Part shown: one piece after another, positions 12,676 to 24,908 of the stretch
Layout: each line of letters starts with the position of its first letter
Position numbering within the stretch: position 1 is the stretch's first letter
Assembly: GCA_031835245.2 (NCBI GenBank)
Contig: JAVKOQ020000064.1
Coordinates: 1 to 64,000, forward strand
DNA from: Balamuthia mandrillaris
Lineage: Eukaryota
Length of the DNA: 64,000 nucleotides
Direction of reading: 5' to 3'
Position numbers and translations under genes: made by a program
The notes under the pieces: generated by a model
Seen by the model: the letters and a program-made list of their open reading frames with translations, nothing else
Databases searched by the model: none
What the model was told of the DNA's origin: nothing

Positions 12676-13809
12676 TCACAGTTCCTTCTGTTTGTCCTCG
12701 TCCAGGGGAGGGATGTCATAGAGCTGGCGTCGAGGGCATAGCTCAACCTCGTCTCCATTGTCATAGAGCTGAACCACGGCCCAAAGTTGCTTCACATCCG
12801 GCGGCATGGGGATACGTTCCAACAATTGTCCATTCTTGAAGAAGTAAATGGTTCTCCCTTGTTTCGTTGTTTCATCTTTTGGACGAAAGTCCAGCATCAC
12901 TCCGATGGTGTCCCCTTCTGCCCAATCTTGAGAGCTTACTCTGGATGGCAAAGAAGGAGAAAAAGGGCTGCCCTGAAGGTCGTGCCTATGTTGTTTGGTA
13001 ACAATAAATCAGCGCTGCGTTGAGAGGAGGACAAAGAAGCAAGCATGAAACTGTGCACAGGGTTTTGTGTAAAACAACAACAGCAAAGAGGAAAAGGATG
13101 AAACAGTCATACAAAAAACAGGCCAAACAAACCATTGAGACTGCGACCAAAGGACCCAGCTGCGGGGGACGGTGGTGGAGTAACGTGGGCAATGGTTGGC
13201 GCAGTCCCAGGTGTCATCCACCACCCCCACGCAATAGACGTGCCCTGACCTGTAGCCCCGAATGACCAGGTCAAAGCAAGCCAGCCCTTTCGACCAGCTC
13301 CTCTTGCTGCGAGACATCACATAAGAACACGACCCAGTCCACCTGTTGGGCGACAAAGTCATGGTCAGAACGTGGATTGGGTGCGATCAGTTCTGAGTAT
13401 TGTGTTTGTTTGAAGGTGTTAAGAACCTGATGCTGGTTTTGTCGAAGAGGACATTGTCCGAAGAGACGCTGGGGGAAGCGTAGCAGTGCGTGGAGAAGCC
13501 GTCGGGCAACGGGGACAGCGGTTTCAGCAGGTCGGGAGGGCGGGTGGTGTTTTCAGGATCCCAACCGCCCACGCACCGCGTCTTGTACGTCTCCAACCAC
13601 GTCTCCTCCGTCTGCTCCTCGTGGGCAAAGTCCAAAAGGCAGCGGCGTTGCCAGGAGAAGTCCTCCTGGAGGACGGCCAGGAGGGCGCGGCAGGCCAGGA
13701 ACACGTTGGGAAAGAGCTCCACCGTCGGGATGTGCTCCAGGATCAGCTGAAGCAGTTCCTTGGGCAGTTCCAACAGGCTCACCTCATTTGTGCCGGCGGA
13801 GGTGCTCAT
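12676..13809 (-). pseudogene. F-box + SPRY/B30.2 gene copy A with in-frame TGA at 13387-13389
   Basis: F-box LLELPKELLQLILEHIP; SPRY motifs YCVGVV, GDTIGVMLDF, IYFFKNG, LWAVVQLY. ORFs 13387-13809 and 13009-13362 share a frame and are separated only by TGA. Intron about 13131-12986. Confidence 0.75.
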
Positions 13810-14281
13810 TCCTTTGTCTCTCTGCTCTGCTCTGCTCTGCTCTGCTCTCTGTCTCTTCTTTCTTTTTTGGAGAGCAGGCAGGAGCTATTAGGATGCCTAA
13901 CAATTATGTGAACGCCCACATGAACTCGGCCTTCATGCAGACCGTCTGCTCGGGCCTCCGCTCCAAGCCTCCAGAGGTCGTCTGCCCTCTGGTGGGTGCT
14001 GCTGACGGGAGCGTAGCAGAGGCACTGCGTTTTCGTTTGCTCACTCTTTTGGTTGAAGATGCGCTGGATGTCAGGCAACTCGTGAGCAAAGTCCTTTCAA
14101 AGCAACGGGTCGGGTTGCCAGGAGTGCAACCAACCATTGTGAGCGAGCTTTTGCAGAGGGACATGGGTAGGACTCAAATTCTTTTATTATCTCCTTGCTC
14201 TCTTCTCTTTGTTCTCTCTCGTTCTGGAGTCTTCACTTTGTTTCTCTCTCCTTTTGCCTTTTTCTTCCGCAACTCTCCTCC

Positions 14282-15819
14282 TTAGTTACTCTCCAAGGGC
14301 GGGAGTTCGTACAATTGTTGTCGCGGACAGAGCTCAACCTCATCTCCATTGTTATACAGCTGAACCACAGCCCAAAGTTGCTCCACATCAGGCGGCATAG
14401 GAATACGCTCTAACAATTGCCCGTTCTTGAAGAAGTAAATGGTTCTCCCTTGTTGCTTTGTTGTTTCATCCTTTGGCCGAAAGTCCAGCATCACCCCGAT
14501 GACATCTCCTTCCTTCCAATCTTGAGAAGTGGTTCTCTCTGGCACGGCTGTTGTAAACGCGCTGCCTTCCAGGTTGTACCTACATTCAAAAACAAAATGG
14601 TTAACAACTACACAAGAGTAATAAGTAAAACAAACAAACAAACAAACAAACAAACAAACAAACAAACAAACAAACAAACAAACAAACAAACAAACAAACA
14701 AACAAACAAACAAACAAACAAACAAACAAACAAACAAACAAACAAACAAACAAACAAACAAACAAACAAACAAACAAACAAACAAACAAACAAACAAACA
14801 AACAAACAAACAAACAAACAAACAAACAAACAAACAAACAAACAAACAAACAAACAAACAAACAAACAAACAAACAAACAAACAAACAAACAAACAAACA
14901 AACAAACAAACAAACAAACAAACAAACAAAACAAACAAACAAACAAACAAACAAACAAACAAACAAACAAACAAACAAACAAACAAACAAACAAACAAAC
15001 AAAAAAAAACAAACAAACAAACAAACAAACAAACAAACAAACAAACAAACAAACAAACAAACAAACAAACAAACAAACAAACAAACAGGCCAAACCAACA
15101 AACAAACAGGCCAAACCAACAAACCATTGAGACTGCGACCAAAGGACCCAGCTGCGGGGCATGGTGGTGGAGTAACGTGGGCAATGGTTGGCGCAGTCCC
15201 AGGTGTCATCCACCACCCCCACGCAATAGACGTGCCCTCCCTTGTGGCCGCGTATGACCAAATCGAAGCAGTTCAGCCCTTTCGACCAGCTCCTCTTGCT
15301 GCGAGACATCACGTACGAATACGACCCAACCCACCTATCAGGAGAGAGCACAAGTGAGTTATACACATAAAAAGAAGCGAACAAACGTGTGTTTTTCAAG
15401 TTGGGTTTGTGGTGAGCAAAGAACCTGATGCTGTTTTTGTTAAAGAGGACGTTGGCACGAGGACCCTCTAGGCAAACGCTTGCCGAGGCGCCGCAGGAGG
15501 TGAAGAAGCCTGCAGGCGACGGGGAGAGCGGTTTCAGCCGGCCGGGAGGGCGGGTGGTGTTTTCAGGATCCCAACCGCCCACGCACCGCGTCTTGTACGT
15601 CTCCAACCACGTCTCTTCCAGCAGCTCTTCTTGGGCAAAGTCCAAAAGGCAGCGGCGTTGCCAGGAGAAGTCCTCCTGGAGGACGGCCAGGAGGGCGCGG
15701 CAGGCCAGGAACACGTTGGGGAAGAGCTCCACCGTCGGGATGTGCTCCAGGATCAGCTGAAGCAGTTCCTTGGGCAGTTCCAACAGGCTCACCTCATTTG
15801 TGCCGACAGAGATGCTCAT
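14282..15819 (-). CDS. F-box + SPRY/B30.2 protein copy B; exons 15819-15125 and 14579-14282
   Basis: Same F-box and SPRY motifs as copy A, with an open frame. The intron at 15124-14580 carries (GTTT)n. Confidence 0.85.
14627..15086 (+). repeat. (AAAC)n microsatellite in F-box-SPRY intron
   Basis: About 460 bp of near-perfect tetranucleotide repeat. Confidence 0.97.
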
Positions 15820-16072
15820 TCCTTTGTCTCTCTGCTCTGCTCTGCTTCTCTCTCTGTCTCTTCTTTCTCTCTTTTTGAGCAGTGTGCTGTAATGATAATT
15901 GCCGTTTATTGGACCGATTGCAATATTTTCCGATTATTGTAAATCTATTAAAAAATATCAATTATCGACAGGGAACAACCTAAAGTTTACATATTAGGTT
16001 GTCGGAAGACAATGTGACATATGTCATGACGACGTGGAATAATAAAGAAATTGAAAGAACAAAAAGCGGAGA

Positions 16073-17806
16073 ATGGCAGAAGGGAGGTTGGGGGTAGGGG
16101 AGCACATATTCTATTTCTTCTCGTCGGCCTTTTGCTTCTCGTGCTGTTACCTGTTCTTCCAATGGTTTTCCCAAAAGTATTGCTCCCACGTAGTCCAGGG
16201 CATGGACATTAAGGCCCGTTTAGAGTGGATCGGAAAGTACGTTTTTTGTTTCTCATTTGTTCAAAAAATCTTTTCATCTGTCTTTTCGTTTTTGTATTCT
16301 TTTCTTTTTTTTTCTTTCTAAGTTTTGTATCCACCATCTCAAAAACCAAAAAGTTGTGTGGCGTTTTTGCATGGCATAGTGTCCACGATAGGAGCTTCCT
16401 ATGCCATTTTCTGCGCCACGTACGTCATTCCCTCCAGTGCCGACGTGCCGACATTCTCTGCTTCCTCTCTGTCTGCGGCTGGCTCTTCTTCTTTCTCTCC
16501 CAATGCTGTCAGCAACCTTGGCCTCACTTTAACGGAGTATGAGGAAGGTTTGTCCGTGTGCAACCTTCTGTTGCATGTTCTTTTTCTTCTTTTTCTTCTT
16601 CTTCTTCCTGTTGTTCTTGTTCTTGTTCTTCTTCTTGTTCTTCTTCTTCTTCTTGTTCTTGTTCTTGTTCTTCTTCTTCTTCTTCTTCTTCTTCTTCTTC
16701 TTCTTCTTCTTCTTCTTCTTCTTCTTGTTCATGTTCTTCTTCTTCCTCCTTCCTCCTCCTCCTCCTCCTCCTCCTCCTCCTCCTCCTCCTCTCCTCCTCC
16801 TCCTCCTCCTCCTCCTCCTCCTCCTCCTCCTCCTCCTCCTCCTCCTCCTCCTCCTCCTCCTCCTCCTCCTCCTCTTCCTGCTTCTGCTTCTGCTTCTGCT
16901 TCTGCTTCTGCTTCTGCTTCTGCTTCTTCCGTGTAACAACGAATTCGTAACAAAAACATTTTAGGAGTGATGGTGTACTATGGGTATTCATGGGCCGTGA
17001 GTGTTGTCCTCTTCATAACGGAGGGTTATCTTCTCTATGATACCCTCGTGTATCTCTTCTATTGGAAGATATTGGTTGGGCGGAAGGAAATCGCTTTCTT
17101 GTTTCATCATGCTATGGGCATTGCAGGAATCGCATATTGCCTTGTATGTTCATTGTTATCTTTCGTTTTTCTCGTCGTTCTCTCTCTCTGCTTCTTGCTT
17201 CTTGCTCCTCTCGTCTCACCTCCTCTCCTTCTGTGTTGTTTACTTCCTCTTTCTGCTTTGTTTAGAGTCTTCGCTTATCTTAAAGTCAAACAACAGCACT
17301 ATACCATAGGATACTATCTATGCGCCTGCTTCATATTCTACGAAGTGAGCACGCCTTTCCTCTACTGCATCTACTTCTCCAAAGAGTTGGGCTACGAAGG
17401 CAGTCCCTTCCACAAAACCTCCGGCCTTCTCTTCTACCTCTCCTTCTTCCTGGGGCGGATCGTCATGTCCCTCTACATCCTCTCCGAAGTCTATTGGCTG
17501 CGGCGTTTCATCGTCTTCGCCATGCCGGAAGGAAGCAGCGTGGCTGTAGTCTATGGCATGAGCTTTGGAGTGCCGACGCTCTTCCTTTTGTTGAACTGTT
17601 ATTGGTTTGCGTTAATCACCCAGCAAATTGTTGCGGAGCTCAACAAGAGTAATGCTTCTTCGATGGTTATACTGGAAGGCTTTGAAGAGGCACAAGAAGA
17701 ACAAGAAGAACAAAAGGCAAAAAGAGGAGAACGAAGGAGAGAGATAAACGGTTATAGCGATAAAGGGTATTATTATAAAATGGAACGAGGCGACCTGCAA
17801 CGTTGA
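16073..17806 (+). CDS. TLC (TRAM/LAG1/CLN8) domain membrane protein
   Basis: Multi-TM protein with VAFLHGIVS, GYLLYDT, FLFHH, YEVSTPFL, FFLGRI and LLNCYWF, typical TLCD/TMEM56-like motifs. GT-AG introns. Confidence 0.85.
16580..16930 (+). repeat. Compound (CTT)n/(CCT)n/(TTCTGC)n microsatellite in TLC intron
   Basis: Direct observation. Confidence 0.95.
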
Positions 17807-17881
17807 CCTTATATTTAACTCTTCTCGCGTTAGTTTTGTTCTTCTTTCTCCTTCTCCTCCTCTTTCTTCCATTAACGCCAC

Positions 17882-19481
17882 TTACTTCTTCTTGCCTCTA
17901 ACCTCAAGACCAGCTTTAGTATAAACCTGATCCACGAGACGAGCGATGCTCAAACTGGTGGAGTAAGGATGGAAGGGCAAACTGGCATCACGACATTGTT
18001 GCGCAGTAGAGTTGGCGGTGATGCCCGCCTTCACCGCCTTTGCAAAGCTTCTAAGCTGATGCGTGTAGGTGCTTTCTCCTTGCCACAGTTTTGTTGTGGA
18101 AGAGGATGAACGCGTGGAAGAAGAAGCATCGGCCTTTCTTTGGATGGACATTCGGTGGAAGATGTGTGGCGCCACAAAGTTGTTGACTGACAAAGTTGCT
18201 TTTACAAATAAGAAAAGAAACGGTCAGACAAAGGTTATGGGAGAAGAGCGAACAAAACAAAACAAGAGAGGAGTTATACCAGCTTCGCCTTCTATGATGA
18301 ATTTGAGAGAAGGAACCAGGTTGTAGATGCTGCAACGCATAGTGGCAGCGATGGTATCTTCCTGTCCTTCATCTTCTTCTCCTCCCTTTTCTTTCCTCAA
18401 CTTTAACTTGAGCTCCGCGTTCATATGTTTGTCGATCTGGGGATAACAGCAGGTGGCCACTGCCTTCTCCACAACCGCTTCAAAAGGGAGCTCCGCGCCT
18501 TCTTCTCTTTCTTCGCCATCTTCGTCTTTCATCTTCTGCTTCTGTTTTTCTTCTTCAGAGGAAGAGGCAGAAGATAAAGTCTCCATCAAAAAAACGAGAG
18601 CACTAAGGGCGTAGCAGCCGGTGTCCATCGTGCTGCCGCCTCCCAGATCGTAGCTGTAACGAATGTCGCTGCCTCGGAGAATGGCTATGCGCATCTCTGC
18701 GTGTGCCTTTTGTATCTTTCCAAGTTCCCCGCTTCTCAGCGTCTTTGTTATGAAGGTTAGAAAAAGCAAGAAGGGAGAAGAAATAAAGAAGAAGCAAAAA
18801 AAGAAGTAAGAACAAACGGTAACGGAGAAAGACGAAAGGCGAAAGACGAAGAAGAAAGAGTGCTAGATGAACCTGTTCTATCTGAGCAGCTAACGGGTGG
18901 AATCGCCAATGGTAAGCCTCCAGGAGGAGTCTGTCTTGTTCTCTCGCCACTTGGAACATTTCTATCACTTCCTAGAGGTGCATTACCAAGCCGATGCGAA
19001 CATAGGGGTTAACCAGCGAAAAAAAAAAACATTAAGAGAAACCGAATGAGAAGAAAGAGAAAAAGAACCTCTTCGTTGCAAGCCAAAGGTTTCTCGCAGA
19101 GAACGTGTTTGCCGGCACGAAGGGCTCGAATGGTCCATTCCTTGTGGTGGCTGTTGGGCAGCGAATTGTAGATGATGTCAACCTTTTCATCGGCGATCAG
19201 CTCCGACGTTGTAGATCTTTTCAATCTTATACATGCTTTGATACTTTTGTGCTTTAACGTAAGAAAAAAAAACAAAGTGGCGATTAAGCATCAACGAAAC
19301 CAGCAAAGCAAAAAAGAAAACCCAAACCTTTTTGAAGATCCCGGGAGGCAAGAGCGTAGGCGCGAACGTCCTTGACGAACTTCAAGGGTGTGATCACCGC
19401 AGTGGGCGCGATCCAAGAGGCGCCTAAAATGCCCATGTTCAACACCGCCGCCTCGCTTCGCTCATCCGACGACCTCTCCAT
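17882..19481 (-). CDS. Gfo/Idh/MocA family NAD(P)-dependent oxidoreductase
   Basis: [61 protein letters not shown]. Multi-exon. Confidence 0.9.
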
Positions 19482-19651
19482 CTTCCTTCTCCCCCGGTTC
19501 ACTATGGTAACTGCGAGCTGTTGCTGGTTTTGCGTATAATTTTTTTAAAAAACTTTAAAAAAAAGACCAAGCATCAACCTTCCCGTATCATCCCAGGAGG
19601 AGGAGGAGGAGGTTAGTGACCTTGCCGCCAATGGCCGCTGCATTCCCGAAC

Positions 19652-21032
19652 ATGAAACGGCTAACGGCCTCACGCGGTGGCGCGCTGGGTTCCTCTTGCT
19701 TCTGCCACAAACATGCCCTTCCCAAGTGGCCTGGGTCCCTACAGCAACGTTTGTCATCCACGTTGTCTGGCAGCCAACTCCTAGAGGCTATCAGAGAGAG
19801 CCGAACCCAAAGGAAAATGCCTCCCTTCCTGGCCACTGCCAAGAAAGGCTTGGTGGACACCATCGCCTTCAAGGTCTCCGCTATGGGGATTACGCCGACA
19901 CCTGTGGTGTGGCATCGAGTGTGATCCACGGAGATAAAGGCATAGGGAAGACAGCAACGCTCAAGGATGCCACTGGCGTGCTTCCCCAGGTTGTGTGAGA
20001 CGTTGATCCCACTGTACGCCGACCTTGCGGGCTGCTCTATTGGAACGTGGCGTTTCCATTCCGCTAAAATCGACCCTGGATGACCTCACCACTGCCCTCA
20101 AGAACAACGATCTTTACTGTCTGTTCGTTTCGGATGAGGTGGACAACCTACACAGCTCTACAGCACAAAGGGAAGAGCGCCTGAGGATACTCCACGAGTT
20201 GGCTCACCTTGGCAACTCGGACGATGGAAGAGTCGTATCCATAGTTTGTGGTAGCTCTTCCGTGCTTCCGCTTTTGTTGTCCAAGAACATCATCAAGTAT
20301 CCCCGCATCGCCGAAGACTTTCCTCTTGTCACCGACGCCCCTAACCTCAACTGCAGTAAGTATCAACCTTCCCAAATCACCCAGGAGGTTTGCGAACTTT
20401 GCCGCCATGGCCGCTGCATTCCGAGTCCCCGAACAGCACCTCAACCTCTTCTACTTCCTGGCCGGTAACAATTCAATTTCACGAAGCCTGAACAGACTCC
20501 TGGTGGCCGCGAAGCACCGCAGACACAACGAACTACTAGAGTACCTTGACGAGTGGGACACTCGCGCTGAGTTCACTCGTACGCATTTGGGCCCCTGATC
20601 AAAGAGCTCAATAACGAGCTGATCAAGAAAAACCAGGCCGTATTGAAGGACCTGTACCACATGCCCTCCTCGGACGAGTATAAGGCCATCCAGACCACCA
20701 ATTGGTTGAGCAAGCTCGAGCCGTTGACCGTAGAGGAGTTAACGGAGACACTCTTACCACGTTTGAACAGCAGAAAGGAGATAGACCTCTATAACAGGTG
20801 GTCTACGCCAGATGTATTGGCTCTCGTGGATAAGGGATGGTTTGCCAGTTCTCCAAAGTTGACTCGTCTTCATCCAAGGACAGGCTACCAACTATACCAG
20901 CAGTTCGTGTCTTCCTTTTCGTACTCCCAACCTGGAACTAAGCTGTGGCAGGTTTGTAACAACCCGGAGTTTCGTTCCCTGCTGGTTTCCGGGCTGATAA
21001 GTTTCGGACAACGCGTGTGGCCGTTATCGTAA
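19652..21032 (+). pseudogene. Multiply frameshifted intronless P-loop NTPase gene
   Basis: Walker A IHGDKGIGKT, Walker B LFVSDEVD and a downstream IVCGSS are spread over at least five overlapping ORFs in different frames, with internal stops. Confidence 0.65.
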
Positions 21033-21278
21033 TGCTACTTGCATCTCGTCAGTCGGTCAGTGTTGTTTATGTTGATGTTGCCAGAGTCGGGGACTGTCTG
21101 CCCATATATGTCCCCACTCGGCGCATGCGAACTTGCATGAGAGCTGTTCCGTTAAGCCGCACGAGGTTAGGTTCGTTTGTTTTTTCCTTTTCATGTTATT
21201 TCTTGCTTATATTTTCTTATAAATGTTGCTTATCTAGTTGCGTTGGTTGAAATGGCATGAATCTTGTTTATATAAACA

Positions 21279-24200
21279 TTACACGGCTTGCGCACAAGAA
21301 GGATAAGGGTAGTTTTGCAGCAGCTGGTGCTGAACAGGAGAAAGCTTCATTAAGAAGGGCTGAAGGAGGGCCAACCACTCGGAGGACACGCCCTCCTCTT
21401 GTCCCTCTCCCGCAAAAACGGACACGGTTTCCTTCTTCCTGATGAGACCGCACAACGCCGCTGTCACCTCTACAGCTTCTTTTCGAACGTGGGCACGTGG
21501 GTGGTTCATTGCCTAGGATTGTTTTGCGTGTTTTGTTGTTAATTACCACACCGTTGAATATGAAAGAGTGTCATTGAAGAGAAAGAGTGCGCGTACGAAA
21601 TGTAAAGTAGGAAGGAGGCTTGGAGAATGAAGAGATAGTATCGGTACAGACATGTGCGGCACAATTCTTTTCAGCAGTGACAACAGTTGTGAAACAGTCA
21701 ATGAAGCTTCTTCCCGTTTTGCTGTTGTTTGCATTGGTTTGGTGAATACCACCAACCAATCCAACAACAGCTCCATGCAGTAATTGCCCCATTCCGTGCC
21801 CTCGCCTTTCACTTGGCAGAGCGTTAGCACCTTTTCCAGCAAATCTTGTCCCAGCTGCTCAAAGTGGATCTGTTAGTTCCGACGGAGAGAGCAGCAGCAC
21901 AGAGAGGGAGAGGGAGGGAGAGGGACTACGCACCAGCTTTCGTCGGTTGGACAAACAGTGGAGTATGCACCGAAGGATGAAAGCTAAAGCTTGTTGAGCG
22001 AGCACTAGCGCTTGCGGATCTTTCAAGGGTTGAGTATCTCTATTCCATTTTTTCAATGCAGCAACCAGAGTGCTCCCCTCCTCCCTGAAAGAGTTCAAAA
22101 AGGAAGCATCCTCCATCAAGAGTTGGTTCACTGCCACAAGCAAACATCTGCTTTCAAAGCAAAGCGTAGAAAGATCCTGCTCTTCTTCGATAACTTGTGC
22201 TGCTTCTTTCTCCTTCTCTTGCTTATGTTCCTGTCGTGTTTCGTTTGCAACGTGTTCGTGCTCTTGCTTTTGTTCTACTTCTTGTTGGCTGTCATGCGCT
22301 GCAACCGGTAGTACTGCAACTTCGCAATGTTGTTGGTGTTGTTCTTCGTCTGTCATCTCCAATTCTAGTCGGTCTTCAGGCAATTGCTCCGCACGCTCTT
22401 CAATTTGCATTCCAGGTAGATCCTCCTCTCCGTCATATGCAGCTGCTTCGTCGTTCTCGCCATCAATTGTCCATTCTCCTTGTTCTACTGTGACCTCGGG
22501 ATCCACTTTCTGTCGGGCAGCTACGGGTTCTGCCATAACTTGCTGGCTTGGTATTGCCCCTGCAGTGTTTAGCGCAGATAAGGAAACAGTAGTGATGATT
22601 TCGGATTGCTGTTGTCGTATTGTTGTCGCTGTCGCTGTTGAGCTTGGAACAGAAGGCGAGAGAGACTCAAGCGAGGAGGGGGCAAAAGGGGCCATCTCTG
22701 GAAGAGGAACATTTTGCGCCACGCCAGTTGGGATCGCTTCTGCCATCTCTTCGACTGGAGGTGTTAACACCTCCAAGGCCAAGTCGTTGCGTTGAGTTGA
22801 ATGGTTCTTTTTCTGTTTTGAATCGTCCAAACTATCAGGTGAAGATGCAGCGGGCTCATCTGGGGTGGAAGAACGACTACATCCCAGTCGCTGTTGAAGA
22901 GCCTTCCTTCTCTTGCTCTTCCTCAGGCTGTCTTTGTTGGTGGCTGTATCTTCATTATTCCAAGAGATCTCGAATGCCATGCTTGATGTGAAGGGCGAGG
23001 ACAATGACGAGGATGTTGTTGTGGGTACTTGGGAGGAAAATGCTGTCGGCATTTGTTCCGTCAGCATTTCAGTGGACGAAGAAGAGGAGGGAGAGTCTCG
23101 GGGAAAGCTGTTTTTGGGGGGTGGCAGATAAATCTCAACGCCGAAATCGTCTCCAGGAGGAGGAACTACAGTGCCGCTCGTTAGTGGCACTCTTTGCGCC
23201 CCACGGTGTATCCCGTCGGTACCAAAACGTGTGGTGGAAGAAGAAGAAGAAGAAAGGGACTTGAAATCGAAGGAGAAGCTCATGGTATGACTAGAGTCAC
23301 ATCTAGAGGAGAGCGGAATGTTTTTTGACTTCATCACAGAGGCTGGAATATCAATAGTGTGAGAAGACTCGGATATCAAAGGGTGGGAAGTAGAGCTGGA
23401 ATGGAGATTGTTGGTATTTTGAAGCCCAATCGGGGTTGCTGTGGAGCTCCACATAGAGGATTGAGGAATGCGGGGGGCAGCCTTGATTGCTCGAATGGAG
23501 CCTGGTTGAGAAATAGGAGGTAGCTCAGAAAGCCGCTTCTTGTGGCTAGGCCTACCTACAGTGGTCATAGAACTTGTCGCTACAGGAACTTTGGATGCCT
23601 TTTTGGAGAGGGCGGGCCGCCTAGATCCACCCGAAGCAAAGGAAGAACGAAGAGAAGATGACGGCGCTGAAGAATGTTGCTCTCTAGCCAATGCCTTCTG
23701 CGCACCAGAATCAAAGGTCTTTAGCATATCCGCAGCCTTGTCAGGCCAACGCCGGTGAAAGGCCCAAAAGCAGGCCCGAGAGACGGTTCTGACATCAGGG
23801 GAGGCATCAGCAACTCCTGAGTCAACCATAGAGGCGATGGCATCTCTTTGGCGACTCAACGTTTCTAGGGCATGATCCCGGCCGTCGTCCAAAAGTTGGG
23901 CAACATATTCCATGCATCGCTTTCTAATGCTCACATTCTTATCGCGTGAGTTTTCTAGAATGGCGGCCAGGGTCACGTTCGGAGAGATATGCTGCACAAA
24001 GGCGAGGAGGGCCTCGTGCCCAGCCTGTGACATCACCATCGTCTTCACTACTGTCAGTTTGAAGAGACTGGGAAAAAGGTATTCCGCCAATGAGTCCATC
24101 GAGTCTTGCAGCAGCTCTGCCAAAGTAGACAACGTAGCGCACGCTTCCTTCACCACTAGTGAACGCAAGTCTTGCAGCTGAGTCAAATATATGAAGAAGA

Positions 24201-24539
24201 ACACCTGTCAGCGTTGCACGTGGTGTGTGCGTGACGGAGGGGTAGACCGCTTACTAACCTGAACAACAAACGGCGTCTTGAGTTTATCCAAACTTGCCAC
24301 TAGCCGAGGCTGCCACTGTCCAAGGGAAGCTTCAGTAACCGCTACTAGCCTTTGCATCGCCTTGTTTCGCTCGTCCCATTCCTCATCTTTGTTCTCCAGT
24401 AATGAAACTATTTCTTCCAACTCTCTGTCCACATCATGGTGCGAGAGAATCTGTTGGTTTAGATCAGAATACACACCACAAAAGCTAACAGAACCAGCAA
24501 CAACAACATCAACCCGCGAACCTTAACGGAGGCAGCCAT
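21279..24539 (-). CDS. CLASP: CLASP-like microtubule-associated TOG/HEAT protein
   Basis: MAASVK|ILSHHDVDRELEEI...EEWDERNKAMQRL, LQDLRSLVVKEAC, VADASPDVRTVSRACFW (CLASP_N); S/R-rich middle; C-terminal HEAT region HPRAHVRKEAV...LSPVQHQLLQNY. Confidence 0.85.
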
Positions 24540-24639
24540 CAGCTTCGATCAAAAATAGCTTGCTTGCTCGTGTTCTTTTGGCTTGCTCTCACAGCAAACA
24601 AAAAACCCAACGGCGGTCTTTGCTACTTTCTTTTTTGTT

Positions 24640-24677
24640 TTTGGCGGGAGATTCGTTGATCAAGTTTTGGCGGGAAA
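24640..24677. promoter_or_regulatory. Two E2F-type sites upstream of CLASP
   Basis: TTTGGCGGGA (24640) and TTTGGCGGGAAA (24666). The reverse complement TTTCCCGCCAAA matches the E2F consensus TTTSSCGC. Confidence 0.5.
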
Positions 24678-24908
24678 CTTACGTCAGCATTGTATTTTTC
24701 TTGTCGACTTCTTTTATGGCCAATTTTAAAGTCGACACGAACAGTATCGCTTTTTTTTTTCCTCTGGTCATATTTCTCTCTCGCTCGCTCTCTCTGCTCT
24801 TCTTCTCTCACCTCTCTCCCCACACCCCCTCTCTCTTCGAACGTTGCGCTTACACAAGTTACTTTGTATTTTATATACAGGTATTCAAGCTTGCTTATCT
24901 TGTTTAAC

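Noticed and set aside
13900..14190. Coding-like spacer between the F-box duplicates
   Set aside because: Only short ORFs with no recognisable family; may be a gene relic but cannot be supported.
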